A stretch of DNA of 64,000 nucleotides. Origin: an uncultured bacterium. GTDB lineage: Bacteria > Auribacterota > Erginobacteria > Erginobacterales > Erginobacteraceae. The DNA lies in NCBI GenBank assembly GCA_964465735.1, contig CAYXKT010000001.1:10721-74720 (forward strand), written 5' to 3'. Position numbers and translations under genes: made by a program. Positions 7,880 through 17,131 of this stretch are shown here, one piece after another (position 1 is the first letter of the stretch; each line of letters starts with the position of its first letter). The notes under the pieces are model-generated. The model was not told where the DNA came from. It made no database searches and saw only the letters and a program-made list of their open reading frames with translations.

Positions 7880-9796
7880 TTAAACTGAGACGGAAAAAAT
7901 GTCCTGCCAGGTCAGAACGTTGGCGATGGCCCAGAGACGGTTGGCCAAAACCAGCTCTCGCGGAGTGTCGAAGGGGGAACGGAGGAGGCGGTTCAAGGTC
8001 TTATCCACTTCTTTGGGACTGAAGATGCCACTCTTTCTTACCGCGCTTTCACTTAGCGTCTCCCGGAAGAGCTCCCGCAGCGGTCCCCGGATCCACCGAG
8101 CCAGCGGAGTTGGGAATCCCCTTTTTGGCTGGGAGTAGAGCAGTTCAGGCAGTTTCCCCTGCATCGCGTTCTTCGGGATGGCCTTCAGGGTCTGGTCGTG
8201 AATCTTGAAGATGTCGGGGATCGACATCGCAAAATCAATCATCTCGTTGTCGCAGAGAGGAGTGCGGGTCTCCAGGGAATGGGCCATACTGATCTTGTCC
8301 TCGACAATGAAGAGGGCGGAGAGGTAGGTCTTGATGTAAAGCCACTCCAGGCGCTGATAATTGTTTCCGGAGAACCCCTGGAGGGCTTCTTCAAGGAATT
8401 GGCTTGTCGAAAACCGGGCGAATTCCGGCCGCAGCCGCGGGGATATCAGGCTATTTCTTATTCCCCGGTCAAAGAGGATGAAAAGACCGTCCTTGCGTTC
8501 GGGGTAGAGGAGAGGCAGCAGTCCAAAGAAGGCCAGGTGGCCGAACTCGGAGAGCCGGAATCCGGCTAAAATCTTCAAAGCCTGGGCTTTTTGGTTCTTC
8601 AGGCGGTCAAGCAGCATCCTTACCTTCAATACCGGGTATCCGGAGAAAAACTCGTCCCCGCCGTGGCCGGTCAGCACCACTTTAACATTTCGGGCTACCT
8701 GTTCCGCCACCATAAACTGGGAGAATGAGCCCACCCCTACCCGGGGTTCGTCGAGGTGATAGACCACCTTGCGGAAGTTCTCCAGGAAATCTCTTGGCCC
8801 GATGGTCACTTCGTTTAAATTAAGCTCCAGTTCCTTCGCCACAGCCCTGGCGCAGGGGGTTTCGTCGTATTTCTTCCCTTCAGCGAATTTTCCGGTAAAA
8901 CTGAGGAGACCCCGGTCCGGTGGGTAGGAGGTGAAGGGTCCAGGTTCGATTTCGTCGCGTAGTAGCTTGGAGGCGAAATAAGATACGATGGAGGAGTCGA
9001 ACCCTCCCGATAGGTAAGTGCCGAGAGGGACATCGCTAAGGAGGTGCCGCCCTACTGCCCGGCAGGTTTTCTCCCGGAAAATTTCGCATACAGTATTGAA
9101 GTCGTGCAATTCACCACCGGATGCCCAATGGAATTCCGGCTGCCAGAATTTATTCTGGTGTAAGTCCTTTCCATCGAACTCAAGTATGGTCCCGGGGAGC
9201 ATCACCTCGATACCCTGAAAGAAGGTGGAGTTATTGAGGATGTTCTGGAAGGTTAGATACTGGTAAAGTGCCTCCGGGTTCAGCCGGCGGGGAACCTCCG
9301 GATCTTGGAGGATGGCTTTGATCTCTGAGGCAAAGATCAGTCTTCCCGGTTTGAGGTGGTAGTAGAGCTGTTTGATGCCGAGTCGGTCTCGGGCCATAAA
9401 CAATTTCTTGGAACGGGTGTCGTAGAGGACGATGACGAACATCCCGTTGAGATCTCGGACCGCCTCGGTGAAACCCTTCTCCTCGTAAAGATGGAGGACT
9501 ACCTCTGAGTTGGAGGTGGATTGGAATACGTGGCCTTTCTTGATCAGGTTGTCGCGCAGCTCTGGGGAGTTGTAGATTTCCCCGGTGACGGCCAGGACCA
9601 GGGACCGGTTCTCATTGAACATCGGTTGCTGGCCGCTCTCGGTGATGTCGATGACGGCCAGCCGGGCGTGGCCTAGCCGGAAGCGGTCGTCGGAGAAATT
9701 TCCCCTTCCGTCAGGACCGCGGTGGGCGATCGAATCCAGCATCCGCTCGATCAGATTCGGGTTGCTCTGTCCATATATTCCGGCTATTCCGCACAT
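7880..9796 (-). CDS. asnB: Asparagine synthase (glutamine-hydrolysing)
   Basis: MCGIAGI N-terminal nucleophile (Ntn) start and the SGGxDSS PP-loop. 638 aa, typical of EPS-locus AsnB paralogs. Confidence 0.85.
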   Translation of the reverse strand: MCGIAGIYGQSNPNLIERMLDSIAHRGPDGRGNFSDDRFRLGHARLAVIDITESGQQPMFNENRSLVLAVTGEIYNSPELRDNLIKKGHVFQSTSNSEVVLHLYEEKGFTEAVRDLNGMFVIVLYDTRSKKLFMARDRLGIKQLYYHLKPGRLIFASEIKAILQDPEVPRRLNPEALYQYLTFQNILNNSTFFQGIEVMLPGTILEFDGKDLHQNKFWQPEFHWASGGELHDFNTVCEIFREKTCRAVGRHLLSDVPLGTYLSGGFDSSIVSYFASKLLRDEIEPGPFTSYPPDRGLLSFTGKFAEGKKYDETPCARAVAKELELNLNEVTIGPRDFLENFRKVVYHLDEPRVGVGSFSQFMVAEQVARNVKVVLTGHGGDEFFSGYPVLKVRMLLDRLKNQKAQALKILAGFRLSEFGHLAFFGLLPLLYPERKDGLFILFDRGIRNSLISPRLRPEFARFSTSQFLEEALQGFSGNNYQRLEWLYIKTYLSALFIVEDKISMAHSLETRTPLCDNEMIDFAMSIPDIFKIHDQTLKAIPKNAMQGKLPELLYSQPKRGFPTPLARWIRGPLRELFRETLSESAVRKSGIFSPKEVDKTLNRLLRSPFDTPRELVLANRLWAIANVLTWQDIFSVSV

Positions 9797-9830
9797 TTTG
9801 AACTGCTAATTATGAATTGTCCCAGTTTGT

Positions 9831-9868
9831 CAAATCGCTAATCTCGCCAATCTTCGCAAATTCTTCCC
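9831..9868 (-). promoter_or_regulatory. ATTNGC direct-repeat array upstream of asnB (putative regulator-binding site)
   Basis: On the gene strand: gaATTTGCgaagATTGGCgagATTAGCg. Similar arrays lie upstream of two other minus-strand genes. Confidence 0.35.
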
Positions 9869-9899
9869 CTTATCGCCCCTTCATTATCCACTAATTCCA

Positions 9900-10522
9900 C
9901 TAAATATCACGAATATTTTTTTCTTTTGTTATGTGTTTTGCGGCTTGGGGGAGGTCTCGGCAGGTTTTGGTTGGTTGGGTTGGGTGGCGGTTGTCTTTTC
10001 CTGTGTAGCCGGTTTCGACGAGAACGCTTCTTATCTCGGCCCGTCGGGCGGTATCGATGTCCACTGTGGTGTTGTCGACCAGGCAGGATTTCCCGAGGTC
10101 GATGTTGAATTCTTCGGTGGCCTGTTCGATCATCTCGATTCCAGGTTTGCGGCAGTGGCAGGGGGCCTTGTATTCCGGGATTTCTTCCAGGAAGCCGCGG
10201 TCGGGGTGGTGGGGGCAGTAGTAGATAGTGTCGAGCGGGGCGCTCACTCTTCCGAGCAGCGTCTCCATTTTATCTTCAGCTCATTTACGGTACACATACC
10301 CCGGGCGATTATCCGCTGGTTGGTAATTAAAACCGTGATGAAACCGGCGGCGTTGAGTTTCTTCAAGCCTTGGGTCGCCTCGGGAAGGAGTTCTAGCTGT
10401 TCCGGTTTGTGGAGGTGGCTGACTTTCCGGGCCACGACCCCACCTCGATCGAGGAAAATGGCCGGGCGCGGGTTTTGGCGGTGTATCCACTGGATTTTCC
10501 CTGAATTCCAAGCATTTTCCAC
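9900..10522 (-). pseudogene. HAD-family D,D-heptose-bisphosphate phosphatase-like (GmhB-like) gene, split by a frameshift
   Basis: The C-terminal ORF has CPHHPD...CHCRKPGIEM. The N-terminal ORF has AIFLDRGGVV...ITNQ. The two ORFs overlap near 10244-10268. Confidence 0.5.
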
Positions 10523-10682
10523 TTCCGGGTAGCGTTGGGTGATGCTGTGGGTATGGTCTTGGAGAGTTTCCCATCCGGGGTCCGACTCCTCCGGCTAAGA
10601 TGGCTGTTTACATAAATCATTTCACAGATTCCACGGATTGCTCTGATCTCCCGCCGCACCCGCTTTTCTTAACCACTAATCT

Positions 10683-10758
10683 CCGCGAAACTTCTTGAAT
10701 CTCCACTGCTTCGTCCACTTTTTGCGAAGCCGCTAAACTTGCGAATATTAGCGAATAG
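10683..10758 (-). promoter_or_regulatory. ATTCGC direct-repeat array upstream of the gmhB-like gene
   Basis: On the gene strand: ctATTCGCtaatATTCGCaagtttAGCGGCttcgc. Confidence 0.3.
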
Positions 10759-11406
10759 TTTTAGGTGTGCTTGATAAATCAAACAAATGTTCGGCTAACC
10801 GAACCGGAACTTGCGTTTAGTTCGGTTGTCGGCAGCTCGGCCTCGTTGCCGAGTCAGTACCGGACTAGCCCTCGCCAGTGGTCAGGCTGGCGGCACAGAT
10901 GCATCACGTCGATGCTTTGGATGATGTGATATCTGATCCGGGAAATCACACCATCCGGAAACCGGTGAACAAGGTGTTGCCGTATGCCCTCCTCTTCGTC
11001 TCTAAACAGTCATATTGCAGGCGATTCACTCACGCCAAGAAAGGAGGTGAACCTCTATAGAGTAACTTCCTGAAGCAATGGATGGGAAGAAGTCCCGAGA
11101 CAGCCAAAGCTGGAGCTGCGTAGCACGAGCGGTGGTTGAGGGGGAAACCCCGAAGGCCGAAGTCCGCTGACAGTGTTCACATAAGCCGGGCGAGCAAGTA
11201 TCCGGGTTGTAATGAAAGTGAACATACAAGTAGCCTCGTCACCTAAAACTTCACCAGTCGAGCCTCTGCGAATCGGGCGATTCCACCATCCAGGTGGAAG
11301 GCGAGGATGAAAAACCCTGCCGTCTCTACCGGGACGGCTGTGTCTGACGGTGCCGGGAATGCCAGGCAAAAAGCCGCTGGGGACCCGGAGAAGAGCCATC
11401 AGACGC

Positions 11407-12400
11407 TTAAAGATCCGCCGAGCTCCTGACCGCGATCCCAGGGCGGTTGAGAATGTGGGTGTAGATCGTAGTCGTGCTCACCTCGCTCTGGTCGAAAAGC
11501 TCCTGCTCGGTGCGGATACTGTACCCGGCCTTTAAAAGATGAGTGGCGAAGGAGTGCCGAAGGGTGTGTCAGCTCGCCCGCTTGGTCAACCCCGCCTTCC
11601 GCGTCGCCGCCTTGATTGCCCTCTGCAGCCCGATCGAATGCATATGATGCCGCCGGATCTTTGCGGAACGCGGGTCCGCCGAAAGGCGCCCGGCGGGAAA
11701 GACATACTGCCGGCCCCACTCCCGGGCGGAGTTTTGTCCTTCCGCTCCAGGGCGAGAGATATATATCTCCCCGAACCCTGGAAACTCCCCCCTTCTTTAG
11801 ATCCTCCTTATGGGTGGTCTTGACTTTCTCCAGGTGTTTCCCGGAGGGCAGGCCGGTATCTATCCGGCAATATCGTTCCCCGGTCCTTATTGCCTTTCCC
11901 GTCCCGGATCACGATCTGATTTTGCCCGAAGTCAATGCCCTGTACCCGGTGGCGGATACACTCGATCAACCGAAATCCCGCCCCGTAGAGCAGGCCGGCC
12001 ATCAGGGAATATGGTTCGCTCAAGGCTTCCAGCAGACGGCCCATCTCTTTTCTCCCCAGTACCATCGGCAACCGTTTGGGCTTCCGGGCCGGGGCGAAAT
12101 CGGCGATCAGGTCGAGCGGTTCCTTCAGCGCCTGGTCATAAAAGAAGACCAGGGCGTTGAGGGCCTGCCGCTGGGTAGGAGGGAGACCTTCCTCTCCACG
12201 GCCAGATATTCCAGGTACTCTCTCACCTCTTTCGCCCTCATCTCCCGGGTCGCCTTCAACCCGTGAAAGGAGAGAAACCGTCGGGCCCAGGGAGAGTTGA
12301 TCGAACAGATTGAACTGCTTGGAGAAGACCTTGCGGCACTGAAAGAGAAGCGCAGTAAGACTCTCAAGCATCTCCCCTTATCTGAACTACCCGAGTCCGA
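11407..12400 (-). pseudogene. intI: Integron-type tyrosine recombinase (IntI), inactivated by ≥3 frameshifts
   Basis: Pieces in different frames: FLSFHGLKATREMRAKEVREYLEYLAVERKVS, then ALNALVFFYDQ...LLYGAGFRLIECIRHRVQGIDFGQNQIVIRDGKGNKDRGTILP, then EWGRQYVFPAGRLSADPRSAKIRRHHMHSIGLQRAIKAATRKAGLTK (the IntI-specific additional domain), then [40 protein letters not shown]. Confidence 0.7.
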
Positions 12401-12725
12401 TCGATTTTCTCAATTGGCTTCTACGCGAAAGCACTTCGTTGACTCTATCAAGATGATTGACTATTGTACTGAAACGTCTTTGGCTGGCATCTTGCGTGAT
12501 TCGTTGGCTCGTCCCAAGGATGCACGAGCTTTGTTGCGCGATATCTATACAAATGAAGCCGACATATTTCCAGACGAGGAAGCGGGGACCTTGACTGTCC
12601 GTTTGCATCATCTGACGAACCGGTTGTCGGATCAAGCGGCAAAAGATCTTGCCAAGCATCTCAATAACAGTGAGATTATCTATCCAGGTACAAATCTACG
12701 CTCGCAGTACGAATTGGTATCATAA
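12297..12725 (+). CDS. Hypothetical protein in the attI-proximal position; its C-terminal part could be a remnant of a DDE transposase (uncertain)
   Basis: 142-aa ORF divergent from intI. No confident family assignment. The 5' end overlaps the intI start region. Confidence 0.25.
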   Translation: MIEQIELLGEDLAALKEKRSKTLKHLPLSELPESDRFSQLASTRKHFVDSIKMIDYCTETSLAGILRDSLARPKDARALLRDIYTNEADIFPDEEAGTLTVRLHHLTNRLSDQAAKDLAKHLNNSEIIYPGTNLRSQYELVS

Positions 12726-12897
12726 TAATTCCGTGAAGTCAGGACATCTGAATCTCTGTTGGCACAAAATAGTGTATTGCTAACGCCCATAGACATTGGT
12801 ATCAATAGTGGCATCATATAGTGGCGTCGGATATCAACAACACTCTTGATGAAATGAGGCGGCACCGGCGGGTATCCGTTTCGCGGACTTATGCCGG

Positions 12898-13080
12898 GTG
12901 TGTACTCACTACTCCGGCGAACCGCGACAGAAGGGCACGAGCCATCGGATCTATAAAACCCCCTGGAAGGGTGATCCAAGGGTCAATATCCAGAACGCGA
13001 AAGGCAAGGCGAAGGACTATCAGGTAAGGCAAGTCTTGATAGCCATCGAAAGGATACAATATGAAAGCGGCGGAAAGTGA
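12898..13080 (+). CDS. hicA: HicA-like mRNA interferase toxin with a degenerate N-terminus
   Basis: RQKGTSHRIYKTPWKGDPRVNIQNAKGKAKDYQVRQVL matches the HicA core (KGSHxxxKHP...GKDL...GTL). Only a GTG start is available. It overlaps hicB by 20 nt. Confidence 0.45.
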   Translation: MCTHYSGEPRQKGTSHRIYKTPWKGDPRVNIQNAKGKAKDYQVRQVLIAIERIQYESGGK

Positions 13081-13393
13081 TCACTATACGTATCGCGTGA
13101 CCTGGTCCGAAGACGATAGAGAGTATGTCGGACTCTGCGCAGAGTTACCCAGTTTGAGCTGGTTGGCCTCTTCTGCTGAAGCAGCTCTTCGGGGAATACG
13201 TCCTGTCGTGGCGGACGTGGTGACGGATATGAAGAGGACCAGCGAAGAACTTCCCGATCCACTTGCTGAGCGTCGTTTCAGCGGAAAATTTATGGTGCAG
13301 GTTCCTCCCGGAGTTCACAGGAATCTTGCGGTGGAGACAGCTGAGGCAGGCGTAAGTCTGAATCGCCTGGCGAGTGCCAAGCTCTCGCGATAG
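13061..13393 (+). CDS. hicB: HicB-family antitoxin
   Basis: YTYRVTWSEDDREYVGLCAELPSLSWLA...RFSGKFMVQVPPGVHRNLAVETAEAGVSLNRL is the canonical ~110-aa HicB antitoxin. Confidence 0.75.
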   Translation: MKAAESDHYTYRVTWSEDDREYVGLCAELPSLSWLASSAEAALRGIRPVVADVVTDMKRTSEELPDPLAERRFSGKFMVQVPPGVHRNLAVETAEAGVSLNRLASAKLSR

Positions 13394-13399
13394 TTATGT

Positions 13400-13472
13400 G
13401 CCAACCATTCGCTCCAGCAGACCCGGGTCCGCGGTGTGGGCCCGGACAGCTGAGCTAATCGTTATATGCTGG
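13400..13472 (+). other. Candidate integron attC recombination site downstream of hicB
   Basis: TGCCAAC-CATTCGCTCCAGC...GCTGAGCTAATC-GTTATAT resembles R''-L''...L'-R'. It has imperfect pairing with a bulged base and a central palindrome GACCCGGGTC. Compare the aadA1 attC GCCTAAC-AATTCGTTCAAGC...GTTAGGC. Confidence 0.4.
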
Positions 13473-13536
13473 ATAATCTCTCGCGATTATGTTAAATAGT
13501 ATGCGTCATTTATAAATTGAACAGGGGATACTCCAA

Positions 13537-13668
13537 TGACAACAGCAGAAAAAATGATTCAACGTATCTCTATGCTACCTGAACATCTTCAGGCTGAAGT
13601 TCTTGATTTCGTGGAATTTATCGAAGAAAAGAATAAAACTTGCGACCAGACGGACGAGAGATCATAGT
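13537..13668 (+). CDS. Small DUF2281-like antitoxin-type protein
   Basis: MTTAEKMIQRISMLPEHLQAEVLDFVEFIEEKNK has the LP...Q.EVLDFVEFL signature. The downstream 13695..13895 ORF is unassigned. Confidence 0.35.
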
Positions 13669-13924
13669 GGTCAAGATTATCCCTTTCGTATGCGATGCGT
13701 GGTATGGAAGATGGACAAGCTTACTATTCTGTCCAAGATATTAAAGAAGAGTATTTTTCAGACTACCCTGAACTGTCATCGTATGATTGTCCTGACTTAT
13801 TACATCTTGATGCGACTAATGCTCCAGAGTTTACCAGAAGATTATCGTTTGTTATCAGGCAAAAATTATCAAAATCCCAAGGCGTAAATCAGTAATAGTA
13901 ATAAGCATATATAACTCTGGCGAT

Positions 13925-14290
13925 ATGAAAGACAGGACCTCATTCATAATATTAATTGGCATAATCGCCTTGGCTTACATCTTGAGGGTGCACGGAATTA
14001 ATTATTATTCCTACGGCGATGAGCACTTCCACGTCTATAATTCCCTGGGACTGGCGACCGGACAGCTTCCGGGCAATTTTCACCGGGTTGCCCTGTTTTT
14101 ATTCTATGGCTTATTTTATGCCATTGGCTGGGTGATCGGCATCTTCCGCAACCCCCACGATTTCATCGGGGTTTATTTTTCCCAGATGCACGTATTCTAT
14201 TACGTGGGACGGTTTTTTGAGGTCCTGACGGGGACCGCCGGCGTGGTGCTCCTTTACTTGTGGGGGAAGAAGATATTCTCCCGAACGGCC
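13925..14290 (+). pseudogene. Second truncated 5' copy of the 18141-type GT-C gene (first ~120 codons)
   Basis: ILRVHGINYYSYGDEHFHVYNSLGLATGQLPGNFHR...YFSQMHVFYYVGRFFEVLTG compares with residues 30-150 of the 18141 protein. It is fused at ~14290 to a GT2 3' fragment. Confidence 0.65.
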
Positions 14291-14294
14291 GGAA

Positions 14295-14844
14295 GTGCTA
14301 AGCTGGAAGGGGCAGGAATCCCGAACTAAGCAGAAGAAGACGGGGTTTCGGGGTGGAAGCCTGATAAGGAGTCACCTGAATTTTTCGTTTTATGAGAAGC
14401 CGATGATGTTGTTCGGTTTTGTCGGGATGGCTCTTCTGGTACTCGGGCTGATTTTCGGTTTTCATATTATGCTTTTGCGATTCAAAGGTACCCTTACGCC
14501 GAATCGTCCGCTGGTTACTTTAACCTAAGTTGAGCGATTATTGCGGATGAAACGTGCTAAGATTTTGCTGGCCGACGGGTTGCGAAAACCGCAGCCATAT
14601 CCAGGAGATATGGCGAGGATTTTCAATATCCGTTCGGACTCAAAAGATTGGTGCAGTTCGCCGCATAGAATCGCTCAATTTAGGTATAATCTTTATCCTT
14701 GCGGGTATACAGATACTGACTCTGGGGTTTATTGCTAATTATATCGGCTCTCTCCGCAAGGAGATGTTCAAAATCCAGAAACAGAACCAGAACCTCGAAG
14801 GCAAGTTGAGCAGTTCACTGGCGAAGATTAGTCCTTCGCGATAA
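14295..14844 (+). pseudogene. 3' fragment of the 4562..5566 GT2 gene, interrupted by a MITE
   Basis: SLIRSHLNFSFYEKPMMLFG...NRPLVTLT | MITE | IIFILAGIQILTLGFIANYIGSLRKEMFKIQKQN. Confidence 0.65.
14523..14685. mobile_element. MITE family A, copy 2 (inverted orientation), inserted inside the GT2 gene fragment; TSD TTTAA/TATAA
   Basis: Same 163-bp element. The flanks continue the GT2 reading frame on either side. Confidence 0.85.
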
Positions 14845-14873
14845 TTTTTTTCCATCAATATTGATTAAATAAT

Positions 14874-16076
14874 ATGCGTGCCCTGAAAACAATCGGGTAT
14901 TTTACATTATACTATCTTTCGCAGAGAGCATTTAAGTTTCTGGGATATCTCTGGCCGAAAGACCACCAACTTCTCCTCTTCTCTGGATTGAAGGGGATGC
15001 ATTACAGCGATAACACTAAATATTTATTCGAGAGTTTTGCTCGCAATTATTCTGGTGAGTTCAAAATTGTCTGGATAACCGTTAACAAAAGTTTGCTCAG
15101 GAGCGTCGAAGAAAAGAAAATTTCCGGGGCCCGGATAATTTATCAGTGGTCTCTGGATGGTTTCCTGGCGATCCTTCGGGCTGCGGTGGTTTTTTACCTA
15201 TCGGATTCCAGTGATATCCCTTATGTCTTGTTTTCTCGAAGGACCGTTACCTGCCAGTTGTGGCACGGCATCCCGGTTAAGCGTATATGTCTTCTTAAGC
15301 CACGCTGGAATCATTATCCCCACTGGTTGGTGAAATATTTTTACTTTTCGATGTATTCATACTGGATATGCAGTTCCTCTGTCGACCGACTGGCTACCGC
15401 TCTCTGCGTCGGATTACCGATTGACCGAGTTTTGATTACCGGCTATCCGCGTAATGACTATCTGATTGAGCAAAAACAATCGTCGGCCTGCGATTTACTG
15501 GATCGTTTTCCCTACTTGCGGAAGAAAATAATCCTATATGCCCCTACGTGGCGGCAAAACAGTATTGTCCGTTTTTTCCCATTCTTCGATTATTCCCTGG
15601 GAAGAATCAACGAGTTTCTGGAGGGATCCGATGCCTTTATCTTGTTGCGTGGGCATAGATATGAACGCAGGGAAATCGGAGCCATCGATTATGATGCTTT
15701 TATTGGAGATCGGATACTTGACGCATCGAAAAGCATCTTCGAGGATGTTCAAGAATTATTGCCCCACGTTGATATTTTGATTAGTGATTATTCTGGGGTC
15801 TGGGTGGATTACCTGCTCCTGAATCGCCCGATCGTATTTGCCCCTTACGATTTGGAGGAGTTCAAGGTGGAAACCGGCTTGCTTTATAACTATGACTTCG
15901 TCACCCCCGGTCCGAAGGTTGCCACGACCGAAGAACTGATCAAGGCTCTTCGAGAATATATCCACCATCCTGAGAAAGATTCAGAGAGACGGCAATTAAT
16001 CAAAGGTCTATTCCACCAGTATGAAGATGGCCGCTCATACGAGCGGATATACGAAATCGTTAAACGGATAACCTGA
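14874..16076 (+). CDS. CDP-glycerol glycerophosphotransferase family protein (TagF/TagB-like)
   Basis: 400 aa with the ILYAPTWR motif and a C-terminal Glyphos_transf-like region. Confidence 0.75.
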   Translation: MRALKTIGYFTLYYLSQRAFKFLGYLWPKDHQLLLFSGLKGMHYSDNTKYLFESFARNYSGEFKIVWITVNKSLLRSVEEKKISGARIIYQWSLDGFLAILRAAVVFYLSDSSDIPYVLFSRRTVTCQLWHGIPVKRICLLKPRWNHYPHWLVKYFYFSMYSYWICSSSVDRLATALCVGLPIDRVLITGYPRNDYLIEQKQSSACDLLDRFPYLRKKIILYAPTWRQNSIVRFFPFFDYSLGRINEFLEGSDAFILLRGHRYERREIGAIDYDAFIGDRILDASKSIFEDVQELLPHVDILISDYSGVWVDYLLLNRPIVFAPYDLEEFKVETGLLYNYDFVTPGPKVATTEELIKALREYIHHPEKDSERRQLIKGLFHQYEDGRSYERIYEIVKRIT

Positions 16077-16093
16077 ACCTGGTTCTTGGATCT

Positions 16094-17131
16094 ATGAAAA
16101 TCTTGGTGGAAATTGCGCAACAGACCTGTGTCCAGTTTTTTAAGAATATTATCTCGACCTTGAAGAGTCGCGGGCACGAAGTTCAGGTTCTGAGCCGCGA
16201 GCGCGAATGCACCGTGGAATTGCTCAATGAGTATGGCATCGATCATTCTGTCATCAGCAAGTTCACCCCGGGTAAGTATAATTTGTTAACGGAGCTATTG
16301 GTCAGGGATTACAAAATTTGGAAGGCGGGTCGTTCTTTTCAGCCCGACTTGGTTTTAACCGCCAGCATTGCTGGTGTTCACGCGGCTAAGCTATTGCGAG
16401 TTCCCTCCCTATTGCAGAATGACAATGGAAGATCGGCTGGCTTGCTCCACCGGTTGATGGTCCCGCTTGCCACATATGTTTTGACCCCAGATTGCCAGAA
16501 CGAGGATTACGGTTCCGGCCATATTAAATATCCCGGATACAAGGAACTGGCTTATCTCCATCCCGCTAATTTCACCCCGGATTCATCCGTCCTCCAGGAA
16601 CTCGGAATTAAAGCCGGGGAAAGATTATTTATCCTTCGGTTTACCAGTCTTCAGGCTTGTCACGATGCTGGGCGGAAAGGGATGAGTTATGAGCTAAAAA
16701 ACCGGATGATTGAATTATTGCATACCCGGGGCAGGGTATTTATTTCATCCGAAGGAGTTTTGCCGGCGGAATGGGAGAAATTTCGCCTTACATTAAGCCC
16801 CGGGAAAATCCATAGCGCACTTTACTATGCCGATCTCTATGCTGGTGATAGCGGGACAATGGCTTCCGAATCATCGGTCCTGGGAACCCCAGGGATATTT
16901 ATGCTCTCTTTTTCAGGGACGTTGTATTATCTCAAGGAACTGGAAGAAAGGTACGGGTTGCTGTATCAATTTCGACATAATCAGGAAGAAGAATGTATGG
17001 CGCTTGTCCGAAACCTGTTGGATATGAAGAACTTGAAAGCGGCGTGGGCTGAAAAGCGGCAAATAATGCTGGGAGACAAGGTCGATGTCGCGGATTATTT
17101 TGTGAAGAAAATTGAAACGGTTTCGATATGA
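16094..17131 (+). CDS. DUF354-family GT-B-like protein
   Basis: 345 aa. MKILVEIAQ, SRGHEV, YYADLYAGDSGTMASESSVLGTPGI. Confidence 0.55.
   Translation: MKILVEIAQQTCVQFFKNIISTLKSRGHEVQVLSRERECTVELLNEYGIDHSVISKFTPGKYNLLTELLVRDYKIWKAGRSFQPDLVLTASIAGVHAAKLLRVPSLLQNDNGRSAGLLHRLMVPLATYVLTPDCQNEDYGSGHIKYPGYKELAYLHPANFTPDSSVLQELGIKAGERLFILRFTSLQACHDAGRKGMSYELKNRMIELLHTRGRVFISSEGVLPAEWEKFRLTLSPGKIHSALYYADLYAGDSGTMASESSVLGTPGIFMLSFSGTLYYLKELEERYGLLYQFRHNQEEECMALVRNLLDMKNLKAAWAEKRQIMLGDKVDVADYFVKKIETVSI

Noticed and set aside
11100-11260. RNase P RNA or tmRNA (CCGGCTTAT-like stretch, many hairpins)
   Set aside because: The universally conserved GGAAAGTCCGGGC (P4) element is absent. No tRNA-like acceptor/T-arm with a CCA end is present.
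10776-11400. Possible ORF-less group II intron (GUGUG-like start, position next to an integron integrase as for attC-inserting IIC introns)
   Set aside because: I could not find a domain V-like 34-nt hairpin with an AGC triad and GNRA loop on either strand. I also found no domain VI bulged A followed by a plausible 3' end. No reverse-transcriptase ORF is present.
12821-13027. ORF MASDINNTLDEM... as the true N-terminus of HicA
   Set aside because: It is in a different frame from the HicA core. Its KPPGRV match is the same nucleotides read out of frame. It was retained only as a possibility, namely a frameshifted N-terminus.
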